In this document: positions 31,997 to 41,316 of the stretch, one piece after another
Position numbering within the stretch: position 1 is the first letter of the stretch
How the letters are laid out: each line of letters opens with the position of its first letter
Assembly (NCBI GenBank): GCA_902622625.1
Contig: CACNQS010000001.1
Coordinates: 23,942 to 87,941 of the forward strand
Reading direction: 5' to 3'
Origin: an uncultured Prochlorococcus sp.
GTDB taxonomy: Bacteria > Cyanobacteriota > Cyanobacteriia > PCC-6307 > Cyanobiaceae
DNA: 64,000 bases
Program-made: the position numbers and the translations under genes
Notes under the pieces: generated by a model
Database searches by the model: none
The model's input: only the letters and a program-made list of their open reading frames with translations
What the model was told of the DNA's origin: nothing

Positions 31997-32081
31997 TTTT
32001 CTTGAGATCGATTAGTTTTTCTTTTCTTGAAAAAAAATGAAATATATAATAATAACTTAATTGAAGATAAAGATATATTCA

Positions 32082-32450
32082 TCAAAGAGTTTTCAAAAAA
32101 GGCTTATCGTTCTCGTTTAATATTTCTTTATATTGCAATTTTATTAATAAATCTTCCAAACATTGGCAGAAGGATTCAAGATCAATCCCTAAATCAATCT
32201 TGGTTCTAGTTTTTATTCTGCCTAAACCCTCTCCAAGCAAAATAGTAGCTCCATTTAAATTGCCTTTACTTAAGTGAAACTGAGAAACAGATACTTGTAA
32301 AATTCCTTGGATAACTTGTCTTTCGTCACCATCTACGGAATTCCATATGTCTTCAAAAGCATCATGAGCCTCATACCATTCATGATTATTAAAAAGATTT
32401 AAAGCTGTGAAAAGGGAATCTTGAAAACTTTTTGTACTTTCTTCGTTCAT
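32082..32450 (-). CDS. DUF309 domain protein
   Basis: FNNHEWYEAHDAFEDIW and QGILQ...H...GN..GA motifs. Confidence 0.9.
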   Translation of the reverse strand: MNEESTKSFQDSLFTALNLFNNHEWYEAHDAFEDIWNSVDGDERQVIQGILQVSVSQFHLSKGNLNGATILLGEGLGRIKTRTKIDLGIDLESFCQCLEDLLIKLQYKEILNENDKPFLKTL

Positions 32451-32460
32451 TAAACTATTA

Positions 32461-34257
32461 CTAATTTTTTTTCTTTTTATTTATTTTTCTCATTCTTATT
32501 GAATCCGGTGTTACCTCTAGCATTTCATCAGGACCAATATATTCGAGTGCTCTTTCAAGTGTAATATCGACAGGTGACTGCAAAGTATCAAGTTCTTCTG
32601 CCCCTGCAGACCTCATATTAGTCAACTGCTTGGTTTTACATATATTCAACTCAAGATCTTGAGGTCGATTATTCTCTCCAATTATCATTCCTTTATAAAC
32701 TTTAACTCCAGGTTTAATGAAATAGACTCCCCTATCTTCAGCATTCTTTAAAGCATAAAATGTGGCCACACCTTCCTCAAAAGCTATAAGAACACCATTT
32801 CTTCTGGTTTCAAAGTCTCCTGTTTTAGGTTTATATTCATAAAACGAATGACTCATAATACCTTCACCTCTTGTTATCCTTACAAACTCCCCGCGAAATC
32901 CAATTAATCCTCTAGATGGAACAATAAATTCTAATTGAGTTCTACCATCTGAACTTGTCTGCATGTTTTTCATCTCTGCCTTTCTAGATCCAAGTTTTTC
33001 GATGCAAGAACCAACAGATACTTCAGGTACATCTAAAACCAAAGTCTCTATAGGCTCACATTCAACATTATCAATTTCTCTGAAAATTACTTGAGGTTGT
33101 GAGATTTGGAACTCAAAACCCTCTCTTCTCATAGTTTCAATCAATATCCCTAGATGTAATTCTCCTCTTCCTGAAACTGAGAACCTATCAGGAGAATCAG
33201 TTTCTTCTACTCTCAATGCAACATTCGTTAAAAGTTCCTTCTCTAATCTATTTTTTAATTGTCTACTGGTAACGAATTTTCCTTCCTTACCCGCAAATGG
33301 TGAATCATTTACAACAAAAGTCATATTTAAGGTAGGTTCATCAACTTTGATTAATGGAAGAGGATGAGGAGAATTGGGACATGCTATAGTCTCACCAATA
33401 TTCACGTCATCGAAACCAGAAACAGCAACAATATCACCTGCAAAGGCTTCATTTATATCAATTCTTTGTAAACCTTCAAATCCTAAAAGTTTACTAACCT
33501 TACCTTTAATAGTTTTTCCGTTTTCTTTAATTAGACTAGCCTGTTGGCCATTTTTTATAGTCCCATTGTGGATCTTTCCAATTACTATTCTGCCTAAGAA
33601 ATCAGAATAATCCAAAGTAGTTATTTGTAGCTGAAGAGGCTTATTAGAGTCACCTACTGGAGGAGGAACGTGTCTGATAATAGCCTCAAAAAGAGGCATC
33701 ATATTGTCACTTTTAGATTCCATCTCTTCTTTTGCGAAACCAGATAAGCCACTCCCAAAAAGATAAGGGAAATCACATTGATCATCATCAGCTCCCAACT
33801 CCAAAAACAAATCAAGTACCTTATCAATTGCTATTTCTGGTACTACTCGTGGTCTATCAATTTTATTGACAAAGACTATAGGCCTAAGTCCTTTTTCTAA
33901 TGCTTTTTTTAAAACAAATCTTGTTTGAGGCATAGGTCCCTCATTTGCATCAACAATAAGCAGACAACCATCAACCATTCCCAAAACCCTCTCAACTTCT
34001 CCTCCAAAATCAGCATGGCCAGGTGTATCTATAATATTAATTCTGGTGTCTTTATAGTTTACTGCAGTATTTTTTGAGAGAATTGTTATCCCCCTTTCTC
34101 TCTCAAGATCATTTGAATCCATTACACATGTAGGGATAACTTCATTGTCTCTAAATATTCCTGATTGAGATAATAATGCATCTACAAGTGTTGTCTTCCC
34201 ATGATCTACGTGAGCAATAATTGCAACATTTCTAATTTCTTTTATCGAAGATGACAT
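32461..34257 (-). CDS. typA: Translational GTPase TypA/BipA
   Basis: [26 protein letters not shown] and GRGELHL motifs. Confidence 0.98.
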   Translation of the reverse strand: MSSSIKEIRNVAIIAHVDHGKTTLVDALLSQSGIFRDNEVIPTCVMDSNDLERERGITILSKNTAVNYKDTRINIIDTPGHADFGGEVERVLGMVDGCLLIVDANEGPMPQTRFVLKKALEKGLRPIVFVNKIDRPRVVPEIAIDKVLDLFLELGADDDQCDFPYLFGSGLSGFAKEEMESKSDNMMPLFEAIIRHVPPPVGDSNKPLQLQITTLDYSDFLGRIVIGKIHNGTIKNGQQASLIKENGKTIKGKVSKLLGFEGLQRIDINEAFAGDIVAVSGFDDVNIGETIACPNSPHPLPLIKVDEPTLNMTFVVNDSPFAGKEGKFVTSRQLKNRLEKELLTNVALRVEETDSPDRFSVSGRGELHLGILIETMRREGFEFQISQPQVIFREIDNVECEPIETLVLDVPEVSVGSCIEKLGSRKAEMKNMQTSSDGRTQLEFIVPSRGLIGFRGEFVRITRGEGIMSHSFYEYKPKTGDFETRRNGVLIAFEEGVATFYALKNAEDRGVYFIKPGVKVYKGMIIGENNRPQDLELNICKTKQLTNMRSAGAEELDTLQSPVDITLERALEYIGPDEMLEVTPDSIRMRKINKKKKN

Positions 34258-34386
34258 TTATAGAATTTATATAAATAGTGAATTAACTTTATTAAGGCTA
34301 ACTCAAAGTATGCTTATTATGAGAATTTTCTCTTTAACACTTTGAAAAATATAATCTAATTGAATAATTAAATCAATCAATTAGAT

Positions 34387-35100
34387 TTATAATTTTCTAT
34401 TTGCGCTTTCAAAAACTTTTAATGCTTCAATTGACCCCTCATATCTCCAATGCCATGGTTCGTAATCTATATAATTATTTTCTTTGTTGAACGATAACTT
34501 GAAGTGAAACTTAGCTGCATTTTTTATGAGCCATCTAAAGGCGTCAGTATTTTCGAATTCGGTTTCAAAGTCTGTGTCTCTTTGAGTAGCATCACCAATA
34601 TCGATTGCGAAACCTGTACTATGTTCAGAATATCCTGGAGGGGCTGAAACTCTGGCTCTTTCTGACGCTTCTTGATTTCTAATAGATTTTAAAGAATAAA
34701 AGATATCGTTTTGCAAATTTATTGATCTATAACCACTCAAGAAGACCAAATATATCCCATCCTTTTTGGCTTCCTCTCTCATCTTTAGTAGAGAATCACG
34801 CATATCAATATGAACTTCAATATTAGGCTCAATTAAAACTAGTTTCTCTTTAGAAGTTTCCTTATAGGGAAGATGACCCAAAATTCTAGCATCATTATTT
34901 CTTTTAACCTCAAATTCGGGATTATAAAGTGATATTAATTCTACATTTCTTATAAATCGCAATGCAGCGACAGAAAAGGTAAGAAAAAGAAATGGAGAAA
35001 ATATTAATAATTTTTTTAATAATGTTGAATTTGGGTTGTTTAAGTAAGTTCTTTTGGCAAGTGGTATATCAAATTGATCGATATCTTTGTTTAGTTCCAA
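34387..35100 (-). CDS. D-Ala-D-Ala carboxypeptidase (M15B/VanY-like) with membrane anchor
   Basis: SGYRS, APPGYSEHSTGFAID and YEPWHWRY motifs. Confidence 0.92.
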   Translation of the reverse strand: MELNKDIDQFDIPLAKRTYLNNPNSTLLKKLLIFSPFLFLTFSVAALRFIRNVELISLYNPEFEVKRNNDARILGHLPYKETSKEKLVLIEPNIEVHIDMRDSLLKMREEAKKDGIYLVFLSGYRSINLQNDIFYSLKSIRNQEASERARVSAPPGYSEHSTGFAIDIGDATQRDTDFETEFENTDAFRWLIKNAAKFHFKLSFNKENNYIDYEPWHWRYEGSIEALKVFESANRKL

Positions 35101-35213
35101 TATTTAGAAGTGAATTTGGAAAAGATATTTCGATATTAACTATTATTTTAAGAAATGCACTTTTATCAGCAAAAAAGATGTAGTTTTTATATACAGTATT
35201 ATTTTTTTTTCAT

Positions 35214-36554
35214 ATGTTGAGGGTAGCTGTTATTGGTGGAGGTCCAAGTGGTTCATGTGCGGCAGAAATACTTGCTAAAGCTGGAATAAAAACTTGGCTC
35301 TTCGAGAGAAAATTAGATAATGCAAAACCATGTGGAGGAGCAATTCCACTCTGCATGGTCGAAGAATTTGATTTACCTGAGTCAATTATTGATAGAAAAG
35401 TAAGGCATATGAGAATGATATCTCCATCAAATAGAGAGGTCGATATAAGCTTAGATAGAGTTTATGGGAAAAGTGATAATGAGTTTATTGGGATGTGTAG
35501 GAGAGAAGTTATGGATGCCTTTATGCGCAATAGAGCATCAGATCTTGGCGCTACATTAATAAATGGTTTAGTTACTTCTATTGAGACTGGCGATAATAAT
35601 CAAGGACCATATAAACTTTCCTACTCAGATTTTACTAATGGAGACAAAAAAGGGGAACTCAAAGAGCTTACTGTTGACCTTTTAATCGGAGCTGATGGCG
35701 CCAATAGCAGAGTCGCAAAAGCAATGGATGCAGGAGATTACAAAGTTGCCATAGCATTTCAGGAAAGAATTAAATTGCCTAAAGAAGAAATGAGTTACTA
35801 CGAAGATCTTGCTGAAATGTATGTCGGAACTGATGTTTCTCCTGATTTTTATGGGTGGGTATTTCCTAAATATGATCATGTTGCTGTGGGAACTGGAACC
35901 ATGCAAAAAAATCAGTCATTAATTAAAGGACTTCAAGAGGGTGTAAGAAATAGGGCAAAGAAAAGACTTGTTAATGGTGAAGTAATAAAGGTAGAAGCCC
36001 ACCCTATTCCTGAGCATCCAAGGCCAAGAAGAGTAGTTGGTAGAATGGCATTGGTTGGTGATGCAGCTGGTTATGTTACAAAAAGTTCTGGAGAGGGTAT
36101 TTATTTTGCTGCAAAAAGCGGAAGAATGTGTGCTGAAGAAATTGTTGAAGCATCAAAAAACGGTCAAGTAATTCCATCAGAAAAAGATTTAAAAAATTAT
36201 CTTAAAAAATGGGATAAAAAATATGGCACAACTTATAAGGTGCTAGAAATCCTTCAAAATATTTTCTACAGAAATGATTCTGCTAGAGAAGCCTTTGTTG
36301 AGATGTGTGATGACATGGATGTACAAAGACTAACTTTTGATAGTTACTTATATAAAAAAGTTGTCTCCATGAAACCATTACAGCAACTTAAAATTACAAT
36401 GCTTACACTTGGTTCGATTTTAAGAGGGAAAGCCCTAGCTCCTCTAAAATATAAACCCGTTGATAGTGCTGTTAGGGAAAATAAAGAAGTAGAAAAAATG
36501 CTGGAAAATTATTCAATAAAGGGTGGTATTAAAGTTAAGAATTCAAAAGTGTAA
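35214..36554 (+). CDS. chlP: Geranylgeranyl reductase
   Basis: GGGPSG, KPCGGAIP and GDAAGYVTKSSGEGIY motifs. Confidence 0.98.
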   Translation: MLRVAVIGGGPSGSCAAEILAKAGIKTWLFERKLDNAKPCGGAIPLCMVEEFDLPESIIDRKVRHMRMISPSNREVDISLDRVYGKSDNEFIGMCRREVMDAFMRNRASDLGATLINGLVTSIETGDNNQGPYKLSYSDFTNGDKKGELKELTVDLLIGADGANSRVAKAMDAGDYKVAIAFQERIKLPKEEMSYYEDLAEMYVGTDVSPDFYGWVFPKYDHVAVGTGTMQKNQSLIKGLQEGVRNRAKKRLVNGEVIKVEAHPIPEHPRPRRVVGRMALVGDAAGYVTKSSGEGIYFAAKSGRMCAEEIVEASKNGQVIPSEKDLKNYLKKWDKKYGTTYKVLEILQNIFYRNDSAREAFVEMCDDMDVQRLTFDSYLYKKVVSMKPLQQLKITMLTLGSILRGKALAPLKYKPVDSAVRENKEVEKMLENYSIKGGIKVKNSKV

Positions 36555-38697
36555 AGTCAGCTATTTTTAGAGAATAATTTCTAATTAAGCTCAACAAATT
36601 GAGTCTATTTTTTCTTATTTTTAAATCCTCTGACATTATTAGGACTCCCTTTTCATTATCAAATAAATCCTGGATAGTGTTTACATTAATCTCAAACAAA
36701 TTTAGAAGTTCCAAATAATTGCAATAGCCTTCCGAAAAAAGTTTTTCTAATTCTCTAATAAATTCAAAAACTTTCAATTCACAATCTTTTTCAAAAAGTT
36801 TTATTTTTACATAATCTCTTGTTGAGAAAACGTCTCTTGTAAGATCACTATTATTTGCTAATTTACTTACCCTAGTAATTACCTTCTGGATTTCAACAAA
36901 ATTACCCTTTTCGTTAAAATTAACAATAGATTTAATCCTATTTTTAAGATCAACAATATTTAATACTTTTTTTTGAGATAATTCATCAGAAAAGCAAACG
37001 GCCTTTATTAATTCTTTACTTAGTGATATTTCTTCTAAATGACTGACAATTCTTTGAACTAAAAATTCATTTAAATCATTAAGTACTTTTTCTCTTGAGA
37101 AGTTTAAATTCGGAAATGCGAATTTCCAAAAATCAATAAGTTCGTTAAATAATTTATCTAAAGGTACATCAAGTTCATAATCCCAAATTATTTTAATCAC
37201 TCCATTCAAATTTCTTTTTAAGGCATAAGGATCAGAGGATCCGCTTGGACGCTTACCTGAAATAAATATACTTATTAAGGTTTCGACCTTATCTGCTATG
37301 GAAACTATTGCACCATATGTTGTGGAGGGCAAAGAATCTTTATAAAAAGAAGGTAAATAATGTTCAGCGACAGCCAAGCAAACATCCTCACTAAATCCCT
37401 CATATTTAAGATATTTACCACCCATTATTCCTTGCAGCTCAGGGAATTCGAAAACAATTTCGCTACATAAGTCGTTTTTACAGTATTTAGCAGCTTCTAT
37501 TATTTTTTTTTCTTCTAAAGACTTATCATTTAAAAATTTAATAATTTTTTTTGTTACTTCCTCTATCCTTTCTACCCTCTGAAATATATTTCCAAGTCCT
37601 TTAAAATAGGAAACAGATTTGAGCTTTTCATTTCTTTCGATTGAAGCAACTTTTTTGTCACTTTCCACGAAAAACTTTGCATCTGAAAACCTTGCCCTTA
37701 ATACTTTCTCATTACCTTTGGTAATATTATTATTTGATTCTTCAAGACCGTTTGAAATAACACAGAAAGTTGTACTAATATTTTTTTCAGAGCTTAAATC
37801 TAGTTTAGAAAAACTTTTGTTTTTTAATAAGAGAGGAACGTATCTCTGATGATTTTTCATTACTGTTGAAAGAACTTCAACTGGAAGATCAAGAAATTCT
37901 TCACTGAATTTTCCAACTATTAAATCTGGCCATTCAACTAAATCAGTTAGTTCATTTAGTAATCCTTCTGAAAGGTCAGGTTTCAGTTTTAAAGATTTAG
38001 ATGCCTGATTTATTAAACTTTCAATTTTTTCTTTTCTTTCATGTCGTTTAACTAAAACTCTATTTTGTTCTAATAATTCAAAAAAATTATCAGCATGCTT
38101 AACTTCAAAAACTTCATTTATTAATCTATGACTTTTTGATTTATTACTTACTTGAATTGCTGGATCACATTCATCAAATTCAAAATCAAGAATTTCATCA
38201 TTATAAATAGAGGCAATCCATCTTATAGGTCTTGAAAATTTTATGTTCCCAGCACCCCATTTCATAAATCGAGGGCCTTGAAGACTCTTTACTAATTTTG
38301 GGATAATCGAAGACAAAGAAATTCTTGTTGATTGTCCTTTCTCAATTTTCTTTCCAAATACAAAATCACCCTTTTCTGTACTTTTTATTTCTAGTTCACC
38401 TACGTTTATATCTAAGCTATTAGCAAATCCTAAAGCAGCATTAGTAGGACATCCATCTAAATAAGCTGAATTTGCTTTGGGCCCTTTTCTTTCTATTATC
38501 TTATCTTCTGCATAATCAACTAAACCTTCGAGAAGTAGGACTATCCTCCTTGGTGTGGAGGTAACAACTATATGTTCGAATTTGATTAACTTTTTATCCA
38601 ATTCAAATTCGATTAGAGATTTAAATTGCGCTAGAACAGAATGAGAAAATTTTGCGGGCAACTCTTCTGTTCCTATTTCAAGTAAATATTTAGACAA
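36535..38697 (-). CDS. glyS: Glycine-tRNA ligase beta subunit
   Basis: LLEIGTEELP, TPRR, EFPELQGIMG and GSSDPYALKR motifs. Confidence 0.97.
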   Translation of the reverse strand: MSKYLLEIGTEELPAKFSHSVLAQFKSLIEFELDKKLIKFEHIVVTSTPRRIVLLLEGLVDYAEDKIIERKGPKANSAYLDGCPTNAALGFANSLDINVGELEIKSTEKGDFVFGKKIEKGQSTRISLSSIIPKLVKSLQGPRFMKWGAGNIKFSRPIRWIASIYNDEILDFEFDECDPAIQVSNKSKSHRLINEVFEVKHADNFFELLEQNRVLVKRHERKEKIESLINQASKSLKLKPDLSEGLLNELTDLVEWPDLIVGKFSEEFLDLPVEVLSTVMKNHQRYVPLLLKNKSFSKLDLSSEKNISTTFCVISNGLEESNNNITKGNEKVLRARFSDAKFFVESDKKVASIERNEKLKSVSYFKGLGNIFQRVERIEEVTKKIIKFLNDKSLEEKKIIEAAKYCKNDLCSEIVFEFPELQGIMGGKYLKYEGFSEDVCLAVAEHYLPSFYKDSLPSTTYGAIVSIADKVETLISIFISGKRPSGSSDPYALKRNLNGVIKIIWDYELDVPLDKLFNELIDFWKFAFPNLNFSREKVLNDLNEFLVQRIVSHLEEISLSKELIKAVCFSDELSQKKVLNIVDLKNRIKSIVNFNEKGNFVEIQKVITRVSKLANNSDLTRDVFSTRDYVKIKLFEKDCELKVFEFIRELEKLFSEGYCNYLELLNLFEINVNTIQDLFDNEKGVLIMSEDLKIRKNRLNLLSLIRNYSLKIADFTLLNS

Positions 38698-38784
38698 GAA
38701 AAAAATATGACTTCACTTACTATAATTTACTACCAGTTAAATAAGCTTTTCGCTAATGTATAAAAAGAGATATTTTTTGGTCCT

Positions 38785-40572
38785 TTGATCAAAGTTGAGA
38801 AAGTAAAAAAGAAAAAAGATCCTTCCAAGGAAGAAACTGTTTGTTTAGCAAATGGACTGGAAGTTTCTAAATTTGAAAATTTTAAAAAAAGTAGCAAATT
38901 TCTTAAGGAGCCACTTGCTACGGAATTAGTCAATGAGAGCGATCATTTTACCAATGATGCAGTTCAGTTATTAAAATTTCATGGTAGTTATCAACAAGAT
39001 AACAGGGAAAATAGAAGGCCTGGCAAAAGTAAAGATTGGCAAATGATGCTTAGGTTAAGAAATCCGGGTGGAGAAGTCCCTGGGAAATTATTTTTAGCAT
39101 TAGATGAATTATCTGACAAACTAGGTAATGGAACACTCAGAGCCACGACAAGACAAGCCTTTCAAATGCATGGAATTAGAAAAGATAACCTAAAGGAAGT
39201 AATTCAAACAATCGTAAATTCAATGGGCTCCACATTAGCTGCATGTGGAGACATAAATAGAAACGTTATGGCACCTGCGGCTCCATTTGATTCGCCAGAC
39301 TATAATATTGCAAGAGCATTGGCAAAAAAAGTTGCCGATCTTCTCACCCCAATGGCTGGCCAAGGCACTTTTTTAGAGCTTTGGGCTGATGGAGATTTAG
39401 AGTACACCATTAAGCCTGACAAAGATATTGAAGCGATAAGGAAGCTCCAATTCAAAGATAATGTTTTTAGTGGGATAAAAGATGAGCCACTCTATGGTTC
39501 AACTTATTTACCGAGAAAATTCAAATGTGCTGTTACAGTCCCTGGGGACAATTCTGTTGATCTTCTTACCAATGACATAGGAATAGTAGCCTTTACCTCT
39601 AAAGATGGAAACTTAGAAGGGTGCAACTTCTATGTTGGAGGTGGCATGGGTCGCACACATAATAATGAAGAGACCTTTGCCAGAATTGCAGATCCACTAG
39701 GATATGTTGAAGAACCTGATGTTTATGAATTAATACAAAGTATTGTGGCTATTCAAAGAGATTATGGGGATAGAAAATCAAGAAAAAATTCGAGAATGAA
39801 ATATCTTCTTCATCGAAAAGGTATTAAATGGTTCAAAAAGATACTTTCTGATAAGTATTTCAAAAAAGAAATTAAAAAAATCAGAAAAGAACCTGATAAA
39901 GTTCTTATTGATTACCTAGGTTGGCATAAACAAAATAAAACCTCCCATTTCGTAGGTTTACCATTATTATCAGGGAGATTATCTGGAGATAAGAAGAATA
40001 CCATCACAAGTATTGTTAAAAAATATAATTTAGATTTAAGACTTACACCAAATCAAGATATTTTACTTTGTAATATCGCCAATAAAAATAAAGGTGAAAT
40101 TCAAAAATCTCTATCAAAAATTGGATACGAAAATTTAGAAAACATTAATGAAATACAAAGACACGCTTTAGCTTGTCCTGCTTTACCACTTTGTGGTCTT
40201 GCAATGACTGAAGCTGAAAGAATATTACCTGATGTATTAAAAAGGATTGAAAATTTACTATTAGATCTAAAAATACAAAAGACAATATTATTCAGAATGA
40301 CAGGATGTCCGAATGGATGTACTAGGCCTTATATGGCCGAATTAGCACTTGTTGGAAGTGGGCAAAACAAATACCAATTATGGTTAGGGGGGAGTAAAAA
40401 TCTACAAAGACTTGCTAAACCATTTTTACAAAGAATGGAACTTAACGATTTAGAAAAAACTCTCCAACCATTATTTGATAATTGGAAGAGTAATTTGGAT
40501 TTGGATTTCGGAGATTTTATAAATACTCAAGATGAAAATTACATATTGAATTTACTAAATGAAAATCAATAG
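38785..40572 (+). CDS. sir: Ferredoxin-dependent sulfite reductase
   Basis: KFHGSYQQDNR, LPRKFK, ACPALPLC and MTGCPNGC (siroheme/4Fe-4S ligands). Confidence 0.95.
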   Translation: MIKVEKVKKKKDPSKEETVCLANGLEVSKFENFKKSSKFLKEPLATELVNESDHFTNDAVQLLKFHGSYQQDNRENRRPGKSKDWQMMLRLRNPGGEVPGKLFLALDELSDKLGNGTLRATTRQAFQMHGIRKDNLKEVIQTIVNSMGSTLAACGDINRNVMAPAAPFDSPDYNIARALAKKVADLLTPMAGQGTFLELWADGDLEYTIKPDKDIEAIRKLQFKDNVFSGIKDEPLYGSTYLPRKFKCAVTVPGDNSVDLLTNDIGIVAFTSKDGNLEGCNFYVGGGMGRTHNNEETFARIADPLGYVEEPDVYELIQSIVAIQRDYGDRKSRKNSRMKYLLHRKGIKWFKKILSDKYFKKEIKKIRKEPDKVLIDYLGWHKQNKTSHFVGLPLLSGRLSGDKKNTITSIVKKYNLDLRLTPNQDILLCNIANKNKGEIQKSLSKIGYENLENINEIQRHALACPALPLCGLAMTEAERILPDVLKRIENLLLDLKIQKTILFRMTGCPNGCTRPYMAELALVGSGQNKYQLWLGGSKNLQRLAKPFLQRMELNDLEKTLQPLFDNWKSNLDLDFGDFINTQDENYILNLLNENQ

Positions 40573-40575
40573 AAT

Positions 40576-41259
40576 TTAAATTTTTCCATAAAGAGCATTT
40601 GCTTTTTTATTTTTCCATGCCCATAATTGATCACCATAACTAAAATGCCACCATTCATTAGGATGTTGAGCAAATCCGAATTTAGTCATAATTTCCCTTA
40701 ATAAATTTCTTCTATTGTTCCAAATAATTGCTTCTTCATTCTTTATGTTTGCATAAAAACAAGGATTTGAGGTCTCATCCATTTGATCAACCATGCTTCC
40801 CATTTTAACAAGATTTCCGTCTTTATCTGATAAACAAACATCCAATGCACCCCCAGTTGAATGAGGGGGAGGACACCTTATGTCATAAGAGGGATATGCC
40901 CAAAATTTTTCAACTTTTTTTAAAATTGATGGATAGGATTTTATTTTTTCAAAAGAAATATCAATATCGGATTTTTCACACTCTAATAAAAATGCTCTTT
41001 TAAACATAAATTCCTGAACTTCTAAAGGTCGCCAACTGTCATAAATTAAAAGGTTAAAACTACTCTTTGATATCAAATAATCACTTACTTTTAATAATCT
41101 ATTTACGACCTCCTCTCTTAATTTCCAAATAGAAGTTTTATCTTTGTAAGGCGCTCCTAAATGAAAGTAAGGGTGCGGATCTAAAAAATTTAGGCACCTA
41201 GGTATAGCTATTAATTTATCTCCATTATCTTTAATTGGTATTTTATTCCAAATTTTCAA
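40576..41259 (-). CDS. D-Ala-D-Ala dipeptidase (M15D/VanX-like)
   Basis: YDSWRP, PPHSTGGALD and EWWHFSYGD motifs. Confidence 0.9.
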   Translation of the reverse strand: MKIWNKIPIKDNGDKLIAIPRCLNFLDPHPYFHLGAPYKDKTSIWKLREEVVNRLLKVSDYLISKSSFNLLIYDSWRPLEVQEFMFKRAFLLECEKSDIDISFEKIKSYPSILKKVEKFWAYPSYDIRCPPPHSTGGALDVCLSDKDGNLVKMGSMVDQMDETSNPCFYANIKNEEAIIWNNRRNLLREIMTKFGFAQHPNEWWHFSYGDQLWAWKNKKANALYGKI

Positions 41260-41316
41260 TTGAAATTTGCAATTGATTTATAGTGGCATATATATCAAAA
41301 ATTACAATGATAGTTT

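Noticed and set aside
36535-36554. 20-nt convergent overlap of chlP and glyS
   Set aside because: Short 3' overlaps are commonplace in streamlined genomes.
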